This document shows positions 20,068 to 32,058 of a stretch of DNA of 64,000 nucleotides, in pieces. Both the position numbers and the translations under genes were made by a program. Source of the DNA: an uncultured Planctomycetota bacterium (GTDB lineage Bacteria; Planctomycetota; Planctomycetia; Pirellulales; Lacipirellulaceae). The notes beneath the pieces are model-generated. The model saw nothing but the letters and a program-made list of their open reading frames with translations, was not told the DNA's origin and made no database searches. Numbering within the stretch: the stretch's first letter is position 1; every line of letters begins with the position of its first letter. The DNA lies in the NCBI GenBank assembly GCA_963719315.1, contig CAVRBU010000003.1, positions 320,001 through 384,000 of the forward strand, written 5' to 3'.

Positions 20068-22029
20068 TTATGATACCCTACTCGTCGGGCGCGGTGCGAA
20101 CAGTGAGGGCGACACTTCCTGGCCTGCCAAGAGCGGCGGCATGGGGCAGTTGAGCATGTCGCAGATGGCCCGCAGTAGTTCGCCTTCTTCGACCGAAACG
20201 GTTCGATCAGCACAAATGCAGGCCGCCGAGGCATCGACGAGCCGGGCACGCAATTTCGGCGCGACCAGTCGCAACTCGCGTAAAGCTGCATCCAATTGGC
20301 CGACGCCGCAGACCTCGCGCGGTAAGAGTCGCACGGGCACTTCCTTCAGATGCTTCAAGCCGGCCTGAAAGGCCGCCTCATCGTCGTGCTGACTTGCGTG
20401 GGCGAGCGTCGAAAGCAGCACCGAAATCTGCTCGCCCAATTGCTGCAAGCCATAATAATTGATGGGCGGCGAACGGACTGGCTCGAATTGCGGGCGCAAA
20501 TGCCGCAGCAAAATCTGGTGCAACGTCCACTCGAAGAGGCCTAGCCGTTGGTCGGCCTGCACCAATTGGACGAAGCACCGGCTGAACTCCTGGTATTGCG
20601 ATGGACTTAGCGCCGTCAGCGCCGGCAGCGTCATATCGACGAGCGGCAAGAGGGCTCGCACATCGAGTTGATGCACGGCCGGCACGAGCTTTAACGTAAG
20701 CTCGTAAACATTCGGATCGGTCGATTTTTCGAGGGCGCGGAGTTGGGCCGCGCGGACATCGGCATTTTCGTCGAGTAGCGTGGCAAAGATCAACGCGCGG
20801 GCGCCATACGGCTCGTGGGCCGCATCGATCACGGCCGGCGGCATGGCGGAAATCAACTCACGGACATACTCGCGATGGAGTTCGGTCGGATTCGCGACCT
20901 GGTTAACGGCATGCCGCACAACGGCTACCGGCACTGGCTGGCCGTAGAGATCGGCCGCGGTAGCAGGTCCGGTCGCAACAGCATCGACGAATGCGCCCGC
21001 CTCATCGCCACCGAGTCCAACGACCGCGTCGGACGGTAACGCAGGCGGGTACTTGCCGTCCCACTGTGGATCAATGCGGCGAATCCGCTCGCGAAGCGGG
21101 GGATGGCTGGCAAACAAAGTGCTAATGCCTTCCGCGAAATACATGTGGCTGGCTTCGGCAGCTCGGGGAGTGACGAGCTTCGAGCCAAACACGGCGGCTC
21201 CGATGCGCTTGAGAGCGCCCGCGATGCCTTCCGGGTTGCGCGTGAACTGCACGGCGGAGGCATCGGCCAGATACTCGCGCTGCCGCGAGGCGGCGGCCTT
21301 GATCAAATTGCCGATGAGTAATCCCAGGAACCCCAGCACCATAAAAACCAGGCCGATCAATAACAGATAGGCGACTCCATCGTTGCGGCGGGACCGCCCG
21401 CCGCCGCCCCAACTGGAGAATCGCAATAGTTCTCGCCCTAACAGGCCCATCAGCAGGATACCGTGCAAGACTCCGATCAATCGCAGGTTGAGCCGCATGT
21501 CGCCGTTGAGAATGTGGCTGAACTCGTGGGCGACTACGCCTTGTAGTTGATCGCGCGAGAGTTGTTCGGCGCAGCCGCGCGTGATGCCGACGACCGCGTC
21601 GCTGGGCGAGTAACCGGCCGCGAAGGCATTGATCCCCTGCTCATTGCTCAACAAGAACACCGGCGGCACAGGGACACCTGAGGCGAGCGCCATTTCCTCA
21701 ACGACGTTAAGCACTCGGCGTTCGGTCGGATCGATCGTGTTGGGGTACATGCGGCGACCGCCCAGCCGCTCGGCGACGACCGTGCCGCCGCCCGCCAATT
21801 GGGCCGTTTTGTAGAGGCTGCCGATGATGATCAGCCCGAGCGCTGCCGCACTCGCCAGCAGCGGAGCCTCGATGGGAAACCGACCCTGGCCACTCGCGCC
21901 GCCGAGCACAATCGCCGTGCCGACGAACGTGGTCCCGACGATGGCAATCACGGCAAACACGAACATCACGACCAGCCACTTGGTGTTGCGGCGGGCAACG
22001 GTTTGGCGTTCGAAGAAGTCGGTGGCCAT
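20068..22029 (-). CDS. M48/HtpX-family membrane metalloprotease with long C-terminal extension
   Basis: INAFAAG, AHEFSH, SRQREYLADA, SHPPL; adjacent to LemA. Confidence 0.9.
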   Translation of the reverse strand: MATDFFERQTVARRNTKWLVVMFVFAVIAIVGTTFVGTAIVLGGASGQGRFPIEAPLLASAAALGLIIIGSLYKTAQLAGGGTVVAERLGGRRMYPNTIDPTERRVLNVVEEMALASGVPVPPVFLLSNEQGINAFAAGYSPSDAVVGITRGCAEQLSRDQLQGVVAHEFSHILNGDMRLNLRLIGVLHGILLMGLLGRELLRFSSWGGGGRSRRNDGVAYLLLIGLVFMVLGFLGLLIGNLIKAAASRQREYLADASAVQFTRNPEGIAGALKRIGAAVFGSKLVTPRAAEASHMYFAEGISTLFASHPPLRERIRRIDPQWDGKYPPALPSDAVVGLGGDEAGAFVDAVATGPATAADLYGQPVPVAVVRHAVNQVANPTELHREYVRELISAMPPAVIDAAHEPYGARALIFATLLDENADVRAAQLRALEKSTDPNVYELTLKLVPAVHQLDVRALLPLVDMTLPALTALSPSQYQEFSRCFVQLVQADQRLGLFEWTLHQILLRHLRPQFEPVRSPPINYYGLQQLGEQISVLLSTLAHASQHDDEAAFQAGLKHLKEVPVRLLPREVCGVGQLDAALRELRLVAPKLRARLVDASAACICADRTVSVEEGELLRAICDMLNCPMPPLLAGQEVSPSLFAPRPTSRVS

Positions 22030-22042
22030 GGCGGAGGGCGTA

Positions 22043-22143
22043 GGTGTCGGGTGTCAGGTGTCGGGTGTCAGAAAAGACAAGGAGACAAGGAGATTTGTGT
22101 TTCAACAATACCCCTTGTCTCCTCGTCTCCCGGTCTCCTTGTC
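22043..22143. repeat. GGTGTC(A/G) heptamer array plus inverted GACAAGGA octamer arrays
   Basis: ggtgtcgggtgtcaggtgtcgggtgtcag; gacaaggagacaaggaga...tctccttgtc (also at 51343-51410). Confidence 0.8.
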
Positions 22144-22197
22144 GATCGCTACGCTGGGAATCGCAAACTCAACTCCCTCGCTTCACGGTTCGATTCG

Positions 22198-22803
22198 CTA
22201 CGTAAACGTGACCTTCGGCGCCTCGGCGATTTGGGCGTCGTCGAAATCGAGAAGTTCGGCATTTTGGCCGTGGCCCAAGATGCCGGCGAATAACACGGGT
22301 GGAAAAGTTTGTTTGTAAGTGTTGTAGACTGTCGCCGCGTCGTTGTAGGCCTGGCGGGCGAAGGCCACCTTGTTTTCTGTGGACGTAATCTCCTCGCTGA
22401 GCTGGGCCATGTTCTGGTTGGCCTTCAAGTCGGGGTACGCTTCGGAGAGCGCAAACAAACGGCCGAGCGCGCCGGAGAGCCCCTGTTCGGCCGATGAAAG
22501 GGCCTGCATGGCCGCCGGGTCACCAGGGTTGGCGGCCGCTTTACTCAGCCCGCTCACTGCCTGGTTGCGGGCTTGGATTACCGCTTCGAGCGTCCCCTTT
22601 TCGTGCTGCATGTAGCCCTTCACGGTTTCGACCAGGTTCGGAATCAGGTCATACCTCCGCTTGAGCTGCACCTCGATTTGCGAGAACGCATTTTGAAAGC
22701 GGTTCTTGAGCGTGACCAGTTGGTTGTAGATGCCGACGCCCCACATGACGGCGACGAATGCGAGAAACGCCAGAACAGCGAGCACAATCAATGGGGTTGT
22801 CAT
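22198..22803 (-). CDS. lemA: LemA family protein
   Basis: QLKRRYDLIPNLVETVKGY, EAYPDLKAN, ENKVAFARQAYN. Confidence 0.95.
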   Translation of the reverse strand: MTTPLIVLAVLAFLAFVAVMWGVGIYNQLVTLKNRFQNAFSQIEVQLKRRYDLIPNLVETVKGYMQHEKGTLEAVIQARNQAVSGLSKAAANPGDPAAMQALSSAEQGLSGALGRLFALSEAYPDLKANQNMAQLSEEITSTENKVAFARQAYNDAATVYNTYKQTFPPVLFAGILGHGQNAELLDFDDAQIAEAPKVTFT

Positions 22804-23033
22804 CGCAAAACTCCTGAAGTGAGATGAGAACAAAAATAGATTCGCGCGGGGCGAGGCCCTTCCGCTTCATTGTAGTTTTACGCCGGAACCGCCGCTAATC
22901 GCAAGCCGCCAGGGTCGCCGGCCTAGGAATAATTCGCCGCCGACAGGACGATATTGGCAAGGGTGGCAACGAACCATGCTTAACTGCCGCGGCGGCGGGA
23001 AAGCATGTCACCCAACCTTCAATGTTCCACCGA

Positions 23034-23612
23034 TCATGCATCGGGCGCGTTGGCCCGTTCGATGTACTCGCCCGTGCGGGTGTCGATCCGCAGATAATCG
23101 CCCGTGTTCACGAAGGCCGGAGCGCCGATTTCCGCACCCGTCTCGAGTTTCACCGGCTTTCGCACGTTCGTGGCCGTGTTGCCTTTGGCGGCAGGTTCCG
23201 CATATTCAACCTTGAGGATCACGTGGTTTGGCGGGGTCACGGTGAGCGGATTGTTGTTGTACACCATCAAGCTGCACTCCATGCCGTCCTTCAAGAATTG
23301 CCACGCGTCGCCGACCTGATCCTTGCTGAGCTCGTACTGCTCATAAGAGTCGTTGTTCATGAACACAAATGTGTCTTGCTGGCGATAGAGGAACTGGGCC
23401 GCGAATTCCGAAACGTCCGCTTCTTCCAGCGTCTGGCCGGCGCGGTAGGTGCGATCGAGCATCGTGCCGCGAACCAGGTTCTTCAGCTTGCACTCGTAGA
23501 GCGCGTTGCCCTTGCCCGGCTTGCGAAAATTCATTTCGACCATCAGGTACGGGGTGCCATCGATTTGTACCTTCAGGCCTTTGCGAAAATCACTTGTGTT
23601 ATACGTGCCCAC
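23034..23612 (-). CDS. efp: Elongation factor P
   Basis: KPGKG loop, KGNTAT, LETG, IDTRTGEY. Confidence 0.96.
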   Translation of the reverse strand: MGTYNTSDFRKGLKVQIDGTPYLMVEMNFRKPGKGNALYECKLKNLVRGTMLDRTYRAGQTLEEADVSEFAAQFLYRQQDTFVFMNNDSYEQYELSKDQVGDAWQFLKDGMECSLMVYNNNPLTVTPPNHVILKVEYAEPAAKGNTATNVRKPVKLETGAEIGAPAFVNTGDYLRIDTRTGEYIERANAPDA

Positions 23613-23706
23613 GGTTGGTCTTTCCTGTTCGCTGCTGGTATGTTGCAAGGGTTATCATAGGGCCAGCGATGCGTAGCATCGCGGCTAATAGTTTGTGATA
23701 AAACGA

Positions 23707-24738
23707 ATGACTATTCTATCCACGCCGCCGCGCGTTGTCCGCCCCAGATTCAAGCCGCCGTATGCTTCGTGGCAGGACGCGATGAAGGACGCCGTGCGCG
23801 ATCCGGTTGAGTTGTGCCGACTACTTGATTTGCCGGAGGATTTCAAAGGGGCTGCTCGGGCAGCCGCGAACGCGTTTCCGCTGTTCGTTCCGCGAGGTTT
23901 TGTAGCCCGAATGCGGCCGGGTGACCCTGCCGATCCGCTGTTGCGGCAAGTTCTTCCGCGCGCCGACGAAATGGCGGAAGTGCCTGGCTTCGTGGCCGAC
24001 CCGGTGGACGATGCCGCGGCCACTCGGCAAGCCGGCCTGCTGCAAAAATACGAAGGCCGCGCGCTGTTGATCGCTACCGGCACCTGCGCAGTGCATTGTC
24101 GGTATTGCTTTCGCCGGCATTTTCCGTATGACGAAGCGCCCCGCTCGTTTGTCGAGTGGCAGCCAGCGCTCGATGAGATTGCGGCCGACACGTCACTTCG
24201 CGAAGTGATCTTGAGCGGCGGCGATCCGCTCACGCTCGTCGATGCGAAACTCGCGGAACTGGTCAAATGGTTGGAGCCAATCCCGCACTTGCGACGGTTG
24301 CGAATTCATACACGCTTGCCGATCGTGATTCCCGAACGAGTAACGGATGAGCTCGTGGCGATGCTCGGCGACACGCGGCTCACTCCGGTGGTCGTCCTAC
24401 ACGCGAACCATGCGAACGAGCTCGACCAGCAGGTTGCGGACGCCGTCGCCAAACTTGTCAACGTCGGCGTCATGCTCCTCAACCAGGCCGTGCTACTCGC
24501 AGGGGTGAACGACTCCGTCGAGGCGCAGGCCGCGCTTAGTGAACGGCTCATCGATATGCGCGTGATACCCTATTACTTGCACCAACTCGATCGCGTGGCC
24601 GGCGCGGCCCACTTCGAGGCGCCTGTCGCCACCGGTAGAAGAATAATTGAAGCGTTGCGGGCCCGTTTGCCCGGTTACGCCGTGCCGCGTTATGTTCAAG
24701 AAGTCGCGGGAGCCCCCAGCAAAACAGATTTATTGTGA
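23707..24738 (+). CDS. epmB: EF-P beta-lysylation lysine 2,3-aminomutase
   Basis: LLQKY, CAVHCRYCFRRHFPY, SGGDPL, PYYLHQLD; divergent from efp. Confidence 0.93.
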   Translation: MTILSTPPRVVRPRFKPPYASWQDAMKDAVRDPVELCRLLDLPEDFKGAARAAANAFPLFVPRGFVARMRPGDPADPLLRQVLPRADEMAEVPGFVADPVDDAAATRQAGLLQKYEGRALLIATGTCAVHCRYCFRRHFPYDEAPRSFVEWQPALDEIAADTSLREVILSGGDPLTLVDAKLAELVKWLEPIPHLRRLRIHTRLPIVIPERVTDELVAMLGDTRLTPVVVLHANHANELDQQVADAVAKLVNVGVMLLNQAVLLAGVNDSVEAQAALSERLIDMRVIPYYLHQLDRVAGAAHFEAPVATGRRIIEALRARLPGYAVPRYVQEVAGAPSKTDLL

Positions 24739-24740
24739 TC

Positions 24741-24809
24741 TCTCGCAGTGGCGCAGTGGTCGCGGAGGCCTGGACTCAGTTCTCAGCGACCACTGCGCCT
24801 CTGCGAGAG
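24741..24809. repeat. Intergenic palindrome
   Basis: tctcgcagtggcgcagtggtcgc...gcgaccactgcgcctctgcgaga. Confidence 0.75.
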
Positions 24810-24838
24810 ACTGAATTGTACTCCAGCCAGATAAAATC

Positions 24839-25914
24839 GTGTCGGAACGGATGAGCATTTACGATTCTGCCGCTGTCGATCGGCTGCGGGCCGAGTTGAA
24901 ATTCGAGCCCCGGCGGCTGCGCGCGCTGAGGACGGCGTTCTTCAAGAAAAGCCTGGGCGCGGAAGCGGCGTTGGCTGAGCTGCCCGCCGATGTGCGAGAG
25001 CGATTTGCCGAACGCGTTGAGTTTCATTCGCTATCAATCGCTGAATCACGTAATTCGCAGCTTGATGGCGCGACGAAGCTGGTGTTGCGAACGCCGGCTG
25101 GTTATCTGATCGAAACGGTCATCATGCGGACCGGCACGGGCCGCGTGGCGCTGTGCGTATCTTCGCAAGTTGGCTGTGCGGCCACCTGTGAGTTTTGTGC
25201 CACCGGACAAATGGGCATCGCGAAAAGTTTGTCCGCCGCCGAAATTCTCGACCAGATCGTGTTAGCCGCCGAACGGATGCGCGTAGAGAGTCGCCCGGTG
25301 CGAAATATCGTCTTCATGGGGATGGGCGAGCCGTTTCACAACGAGGCGGTCATCTACGGCGCGGTGACCGCCCTGCTCTCGCCCGAATTATTTCACTATC
25401 CTCCCAACCGAATACTCATTTCCACCGTCGGCATTCCGGATGCAATGGTCCGCTGCGCGCGGCGGTTCCCGGCCGTCAACTTGGCGCTCAGCCTGCACAG
25501 CGTGCGGCAAGAGGTGCGCGAGCGGTTAATCCCGCTGGCGGCAAAATATCGGCTCGATGAACTGCGGGCCGCCGTTGCTCGTGTGAACGACATTCAGCAA
25601 AACACGGTCATGATCGAGTACCTGATGTTGGCCGGCGTGAACGATGCGGCCGAGGACGGCGCGAACTTGCCGCCTGGCTGCATGGTCTCAATGTTCACGT
25701 GAACCTGATTCCGTATAATCCGATCGCCACGGCGCCGCAGTTGCGCACGACCGAGCGGTCGGAGCGCGATGCGTTTGCCACGATCCTGCGTTCCGCCGGT
25801 TTCATCACGACGATTCGTTACTCGCTGGGCGCCGACATCGCGGCCGCCTGTGGGCAACTCGTGCGGGGTGAGAATCGCGAAACGGCCCGACAACAAGCAA
25901 TGGCAACACTTTGA
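24839..25914 (+). CDS. rlmN: RlmN-family radical SAM RNA methyltransferase; apparent frameshift near 25660
   Basis: CVSSQVGCAATCEFC, MGMGEP, SLH; downstream frame supplies VNLIPYN and IAAACGQL. Confidence 0.85.
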
Positions 25915-26011
<97 letters not shown>

Positions 26012-26058
26012 TTGGAAGTGACGACGCCGAGGCCGAAAACTGCTATAAAGTTGGCATT

Positions 26059-26670
26059 ATGCAGGACATCATCGCCGGCGTTCGCACCTTTCAACGCGAC
26101 GTTTATCCTCAGTATCGCGAGCTGTTCGAGAAGCTCGCAGCCGGACAGTCGCCGGAAGCACTGGTAATCACGTGCAGCGATTCGCGCGTGGACCCGTTCT
26201 TGTTCACGCAGGCCCAGCCGGGGCAGCTGTTCGTCCTTCGCAACGCAGGAAATCTGGTGCCGAAATACGACGGTCTGATCGGCGGCGTGACGGCCACGAT
26301 CGAGTTCGCCGTCGTCGGCCTGCGCGTGCCGAATATTATCGTCTGCGGCCATTCGGAATGCGGCGCCATCCACGGTCTCTTGCATCCCGATTCGCTGCAG
26401 AACATGCCCCACGTGGCCGACTGGCTGGAGCATCATGCCCAACCCGTGCGCGAAATCCTGTCGCGCTCCGGCCGCCTCGGCGGCCCCGATGAAATGCAGC
26501 AGGCCGTCGATGCCAACGTGCTCGTACAGCTCGAAAACTTGAAAGCACATCCGTGCGTGGCCGACGGCCTCGCAGCGGGCCGCCTCGCACTGCACGGCTG
26601 GGTGTACGACATCCCCAGCGGCAACATTCGCACGTACGACGAACAATGGCAACAGTTCGCGGCGTTGTAG
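26059..26670 (+). CDS. Beta-class carbonic anhydrase
   Basis: CSDSR, RNAGN, CGHSECGA. Confidence 0.95.
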   Translation: MQDIIAGVRTFQRDVYPQYRELFEKLAAGQSPEALVITCSDSRVDPFLFTQAQPGQLFVLRNAGNLVPKYDGLIGGVTATIEFAVVGLRVPNIIVCGHSECGAIHGLLHPDSLQNMPHVADWLEHHAQPVREILSRSGRLGGPDEMQQAVDANVLVQLENLKAHPCVADGLAAGRLALHGWVYDIPSGNIRTYDEQWQQFAAL

Positions 26671-26799
26671 CGACCGAGCAGTCGCACGGCCCTTCGTTAC
26701 TCGTCCACAGGGACGTCGATTTCCTCCAGGTTTACATCTAAACTCGGACGATGGCGGCGGACCCTCTGGACATGTCCGAATTTTGGCTAAAATGGCCCT

Positions 26800-27516
26800 A
26801 TGTCTAAAGGTGCCACGTCACATCAAATGCAGTTTCTTCGCCAGCTTGGCCACAAGGATGGTCAAAAGCTTACAAAGCAACAAGCATCTCAACTTATCGA
26901 CAAACTGCTTGCCGAAGAAACGGCGGCCGGCAAGACATTCCCCTGCCCTTACTGCAAAGCGAAATTTGGGCCCCGACCACGGCGGGAAAAGAAATGCCCA
27001 TCGTGCGGCAATACGATCATTCATTTATCAGGCAAGTACTACACCAAGGCACAAGCCGATAATAAATATCAAAAGGATTGGCTGAAAGAGTCGAGGCAGT
27101 GCACGAAGCAGGAGGTCGGTGACGATTGGAAAGAGGAACGCAAATACCGAAAAGAATTCGGCGAGCCGTTGATAGTGGGCTACTCGATTACTGCCGGGCC
27201 GAATTGTCCTCATGCGAAGCAACTTGAAGGGCTACTCGTATTAATTGAGGATGCTTACGACAACCTGGATTTATTACCGCCATTCGAGGAATGCAAACAT
27301 GATTTATGCGAATGCGAATTCACGGCAGTAATGCACGGGGAAGTCAAAAAGGGAACGCGAGTAGCGGAATTCAATGACTCCAGATTGCAGGCGAAATTGA
27401 CCACCCGCAGAACTTCGCCGGTGGGAATTGAGAGTCGAAAAAAGTCGGGTGGCTGCTTGTCGGTTGTGGTTGTCGGACTTCTACTGCTCGCAGGTGTTGT
27501 CTTGCGGATAGTGTAG
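26800..27516 (+). CDS. Hypothetical Zn-ribbon protein with C-terminal membrane anchor
   Basis: CPYC...CPSC, second Cys/His cluster, C-terminal TM; AT-richer. Confidence 0.7.
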   Translation: MSKGATSHQMQFLRQLGHKDGQKLTKQQASQLIDKLLAEETAAGKTFPCPYCKAKFGPRPRREKKCPSCGNTIIHLSGKYYTKAQADNKYQKDWLKESRQCTKQEVGDDWKEERKYRKEFGEPLIVGYSITAGPNCPHAKQLEGLLVLIEDAYDNLDLLPPFEECKHDLCECEFTAVMHGEVKKGTRVAEFNDSRLQAKLTTRRTSPVGIESRKKSGGCLSVVVVGLLLLAGVVLRIV

Positions 27517-27529
27517 AGGGAAAAGGGAT

Positions 27530-27904
27530 ATGCAACGCGACATGGAACTAATTCGAAAGATCATGCTGGCAGTTGAACAGCATGAACACGGCTTTGCCCC
27601 AGGAGATTTAAAAATCGAGGGGAGCACCGACGAACAAGTTGGCTACCATTGCTATTTGCTTGGCGACGCTGAATTAGCCGAGGTTGTCGAAATAGAGAGA
27701 CGGGGAGCTGAAAGCCCCTACGCTGTACTGCGTAAATTGACGTGGAAGGGACACGAATTCCTGGACGTATCCAAGGACGACACTACATGGGAAAAAGCAA
27801 AGCAACGTCTAACAGCCGCCGGCAAGAGTTTGCATTCAGTGACGCTCGGTGTCTTGCAGAGCCTGTTGACCGAGGTGGCAAAGCAGCAACTTGGAATCCC
27901 ATAG
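27530..27904 (+). CDS. DUF2513-family protein
   Basis: MQRDMELIRKIML...LTWKGHEFLD. Confidence 0.85.
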   Translation: MQRDMELIRKIMLAVEQHEHGFAPGDLKIEGSTDEQVGYHCYLLGDAELAEVVEIERRGAESPYAVLRKLTWKGHEFLDVSKDDTTWEKAKQRLTAAGKSLHSVTLGVLQSLLTEVAKQQLGIP

Positions 27905-27946
27905 GCTGGTTTATTGCCAAGCCCACCGCCAAGTGCCTGCTCCGAT

Positions 27947-28062
27947 TGTAGCAGGCACGCTCCGTCGTGCCGTAGCAGCGCTGCGAATTGCGTCCGCAAT
28001 CGCGCACACGAGTAATCCACGAACCCGGCTTCAGTTACGGCACACGGAGTGTGCCTACTACA
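27947..28062. repeat. GTAG REP family C, inverted pair
   Basis: tgtagcaggcacgctccg...cggagtgtgcctactaca; second pair at 57158-57272. Confidence 0.85.
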
Positions 28063-28063
28063 T

Positions 28064-29886
<1,823 letters not shown>

Positions 29887-29993
29887 GGGATAAGCCGTGG
29901 TTCGTGGAGAATGGACGAATGATGAAACGAGAACCTCAATATGGTAAAATGGAGGCTGAACCGCAAGCGTTTCACATCGTCGCGCATAAGATC

Positions 29994-30833
29994 ATGAAAT
30001 TCGCAATCTGTAATGAAACGTTCGGCAACCGGTCGTTTGCCGACACATTTTCCACAATCCGCAAACTCGGTTACACGGGCGTCGAAATCGCGCCGTTTAC
30101 GTTTGCGCCCGGCGATGAGCCGTTCGATCTCCGCAAGATACCGGCCGAGCGAATTGTTGAAACGCGGACGATGGCCGAAGAGGCAGGGCTCGAGATCATC
30201 GGTCTTCACTGGTTGCTCGCAAAAACCGATGGCTACTATCTTACGAGCCCCGACCCGACCGTGCGGCGACGCACGGGCGAGTATCTGCAACTGCTGGCGG
30301 AGGTGTGCGCTGACCTGGGCGGCAAGATCATGGTGCTCGGCTCGCCGAAGCAGCGAAATCTGTTGCCGGGCGTTTCGTATGAGGATGCCGAGGGATATGC
30401 GGTCGAAGTGCTGCATTCGGCAGTCGCCGGCTGCACTCAATATGGCGTAACGATCGGGCTGGAACCGCTGGGGCCGGCCGAGGGCGATTTCATGCTGACA
30501 GCCGAGTCCGGGATCCGCCTGGCGAAAATGGTGGGCTCGCCCCACTGCAAACTGCATCTCGACGTGAAGGCGATGTCCAGCGAGAGCAAGCCGATTCCGG
30601 ACATTATCCGCGACAGCCGCGAGTGGATGATCCACTTTCATGCGAACGACCCGAACCTGCTGGGCCCCGGCATGGGTGACGTGGACTTCCGGCCGATCTT
30701 TGCGGCGCTCAAGGAAATCAACTACGCCGGTTGGGTCAGCGTCGAAGTGTTCAAGTACGAACCGAGCCCAGACGAGATCGCGCGGGAGAGCATCGAATAC
30801 ATGCGGAAGGTTTCAGGAACCGGTAAGCGATGA
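29994..30833 (+). CDS. Sugar phosphate isomerase/epimerase (TIM barrel)
   Basis: GVEIAP, LEPL, LHLD, HFHAND, GPGMG, VSVEVF. Confidence 0.88.
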   Translation: MKFAICNETFGNRSFADTFSTIRKLGYTGVEIAPFTFAPGDEPFDLRKIPAERIVETRTMAEEAGLEIIGLHWLLAKTDGYYLTSPDPTVRRRTGEYLQLLAEVCADLGGKIMVLGSPKQRNLLPGVSYEDAEGYAVEVLHSAVAGCTQYGVTIGLEPLGPAEGDFMLTAESGIRLAKMVGSPHCKLHLDVKAMSSESKPIPDIIRDSREWMIHFHANDPNLLGPGMGDVDFRPIFAALKEINYAGWVSVEVFKYEPSPDEIARESIEYMRKVSGTGKR

Positions 30834-30838
30834 TTCGA

Positions 30839-31099
30839 TTAGTTGGCAACTACACGAACTGACCAAATAGTTACCGTTCGATCTTTGTCATCGACCGTGA
30901 ACAGAACTTGAAGTGGCGGAACGAGGAACCGCCGCAATCCTTCGCGCACCTCTTCGCCCTTGCCGGACGCATCCATAGCGAGTTGGTGATCGATTTCATC
31001 GCCAGACTTTGCAATGGCAGGACGGTTAGTCGCGCCAAGTCACTCGCTGGCCAAATCCTCCAATGCTTCGCGCGTATACGTTACCGTGTACCGGATCAT
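30839..31099 (-). pseudogene. RelE/ParE-like toxin with in-frame TGA at codon 20
   Basis: Hand translation MIRYTVTYTREALEDLASE*LGATNR...FTVDDKDRTVTIWSV; start overlaps the upstream stop (ATGA). Confidence 0.7.
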
Positions 31100-31344
31100 T
31101 CATTGGCCAATGAGTGAAGGTGCTCTTTCACTTCGGCCCAATTGTAGCGCGTGCCGTCGTCGTTGACCATCCTGCGCTTAAGCGCTGACAAATACTCGGC
31201 CGACATCTCGAGCGGAACCGTATCGTCCGCCTGAACTGGCGCAATTTGACCAACGGTTCGTCCCCGGGAATCGACCAAAGTTACTAATGGCCCGGCGTCC
31301 GCAATTGCCCGAGCCAACTCGTCGGTAACGGTAATTTGAACCAT
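31096..31344 (-). CDS. Putative antitoxin
   Basis: VTLVDSRGRTVGQI, similar to 18683..18964; translationally coupled to the toxin pseudogene. Confidence 0.6.
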   Translation of the reverse strand: MVQITVTDELARAIADAGPLVTLVDSRGRTVGQIAPVQADDTVPLEMSAEYLSALKRRMVNDDGTRYNWAEVKEHLHSLANE

Positions 31345-31439
31345 GGTGATTCTCCCGCGCTGGCATCGGCCCCAGCAAATTCAGCACTCAGCGATGCGCG
31401 TTAACGATAATCGCGCAATTGTGGATTCCCATAATGCCA

Positions 31440-31445
31440 ATTATA
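31440..31445 (-). promoter_or_regulatory. Candidate -10 box (TATAAT) for the antitoxin-toxin pair
   Basis: Consensus hexamer about 95 nt upstream of 31344. Confidence 0.3.
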
Positions 31446-31484
31446 CAATGACCAAACTCGAGCAACAAACATTCTTGGAACACT

Positions 31485-31883
31485 TCACGCGCTCGCCGCG
31501 CGCAGCTCGGCCAGATGCTGGGCCGAGCCGATCAGCCGGTCCCAGTTTTCTTGAATGTACTCGGGCGGGCCGCCGATCTCAGCCACCACCACCGCCACGT
31601 TTTCGGTGGGCACCATTTCGATTGCGTCCCAAGGGCAGACCAGCAACTCGTACGGATTCGACTTCTTCTGCGGAATGTGGACGCACACTTCGCAGCCCAC
31701 GCACCGCTCCAGATCGATTTCGCACCATTGTTGCGTGCCCTTCACGATGCCACGGTCGATTTTCTTGATCTCGATGCAATCGACCGGGCACACTTCAAGG
31801 CACGACTCGCAGCCCGTGCAATTGTCGGCGTTGATGACGGCCAGCTCTTTGGGAACTTTCTTGCGTGGTCCTTCTTTGGCCAT
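31485..31883 (-). CDS. 4Fe-4S dicluster ferredoxin
   Basis: CTGCESCLEVCP and CVGCEVC...CPW. Confidence 0.9.
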   Translation of the reverse strand: MAKEGPRKKVPKELAVINADNCTGCESCLEVCPVDCIEIKKIDRGIVKGTQQWCEIDLERCVGCEVCVHIPQKKSNPYELLVCPWDAIEMVPTENVAVVVAEIGGPPEYIQENWDRLIGSAQHLAELRAASA

Positions 31884-31887
31884 GGGA

Positions 31888-31922
31888 GGGTTGAGGGCTG
31901 AGGGTCTAGGGTCGAGGGCCAG
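31888..31922. repeat. GAGGGTC heptamer array
   Basis: gggttgagggctgagggtctagggtcgagggccag. Confidence 0.75.
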
Positions 31923-32058
31923 AAGATCGCAAAGGACACAATAGCCGCGGTCTTACAGGCCGCAGGTCACTTTGTGAAATCTATCACAATCTTAGGCTAC
32001 AATCGGCTGCCGGCCAAGCCGACCTGAAGTAGGTCTTCTGTTTGGCGATGAAACCGTA

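Noticed and set aside
31040..31042. Selenocysteine or TGA recoding in the toxin-like gene
   Set aside because: The position aligns with Trp in the paralog, and TGA is used as a normal stop throughout the window
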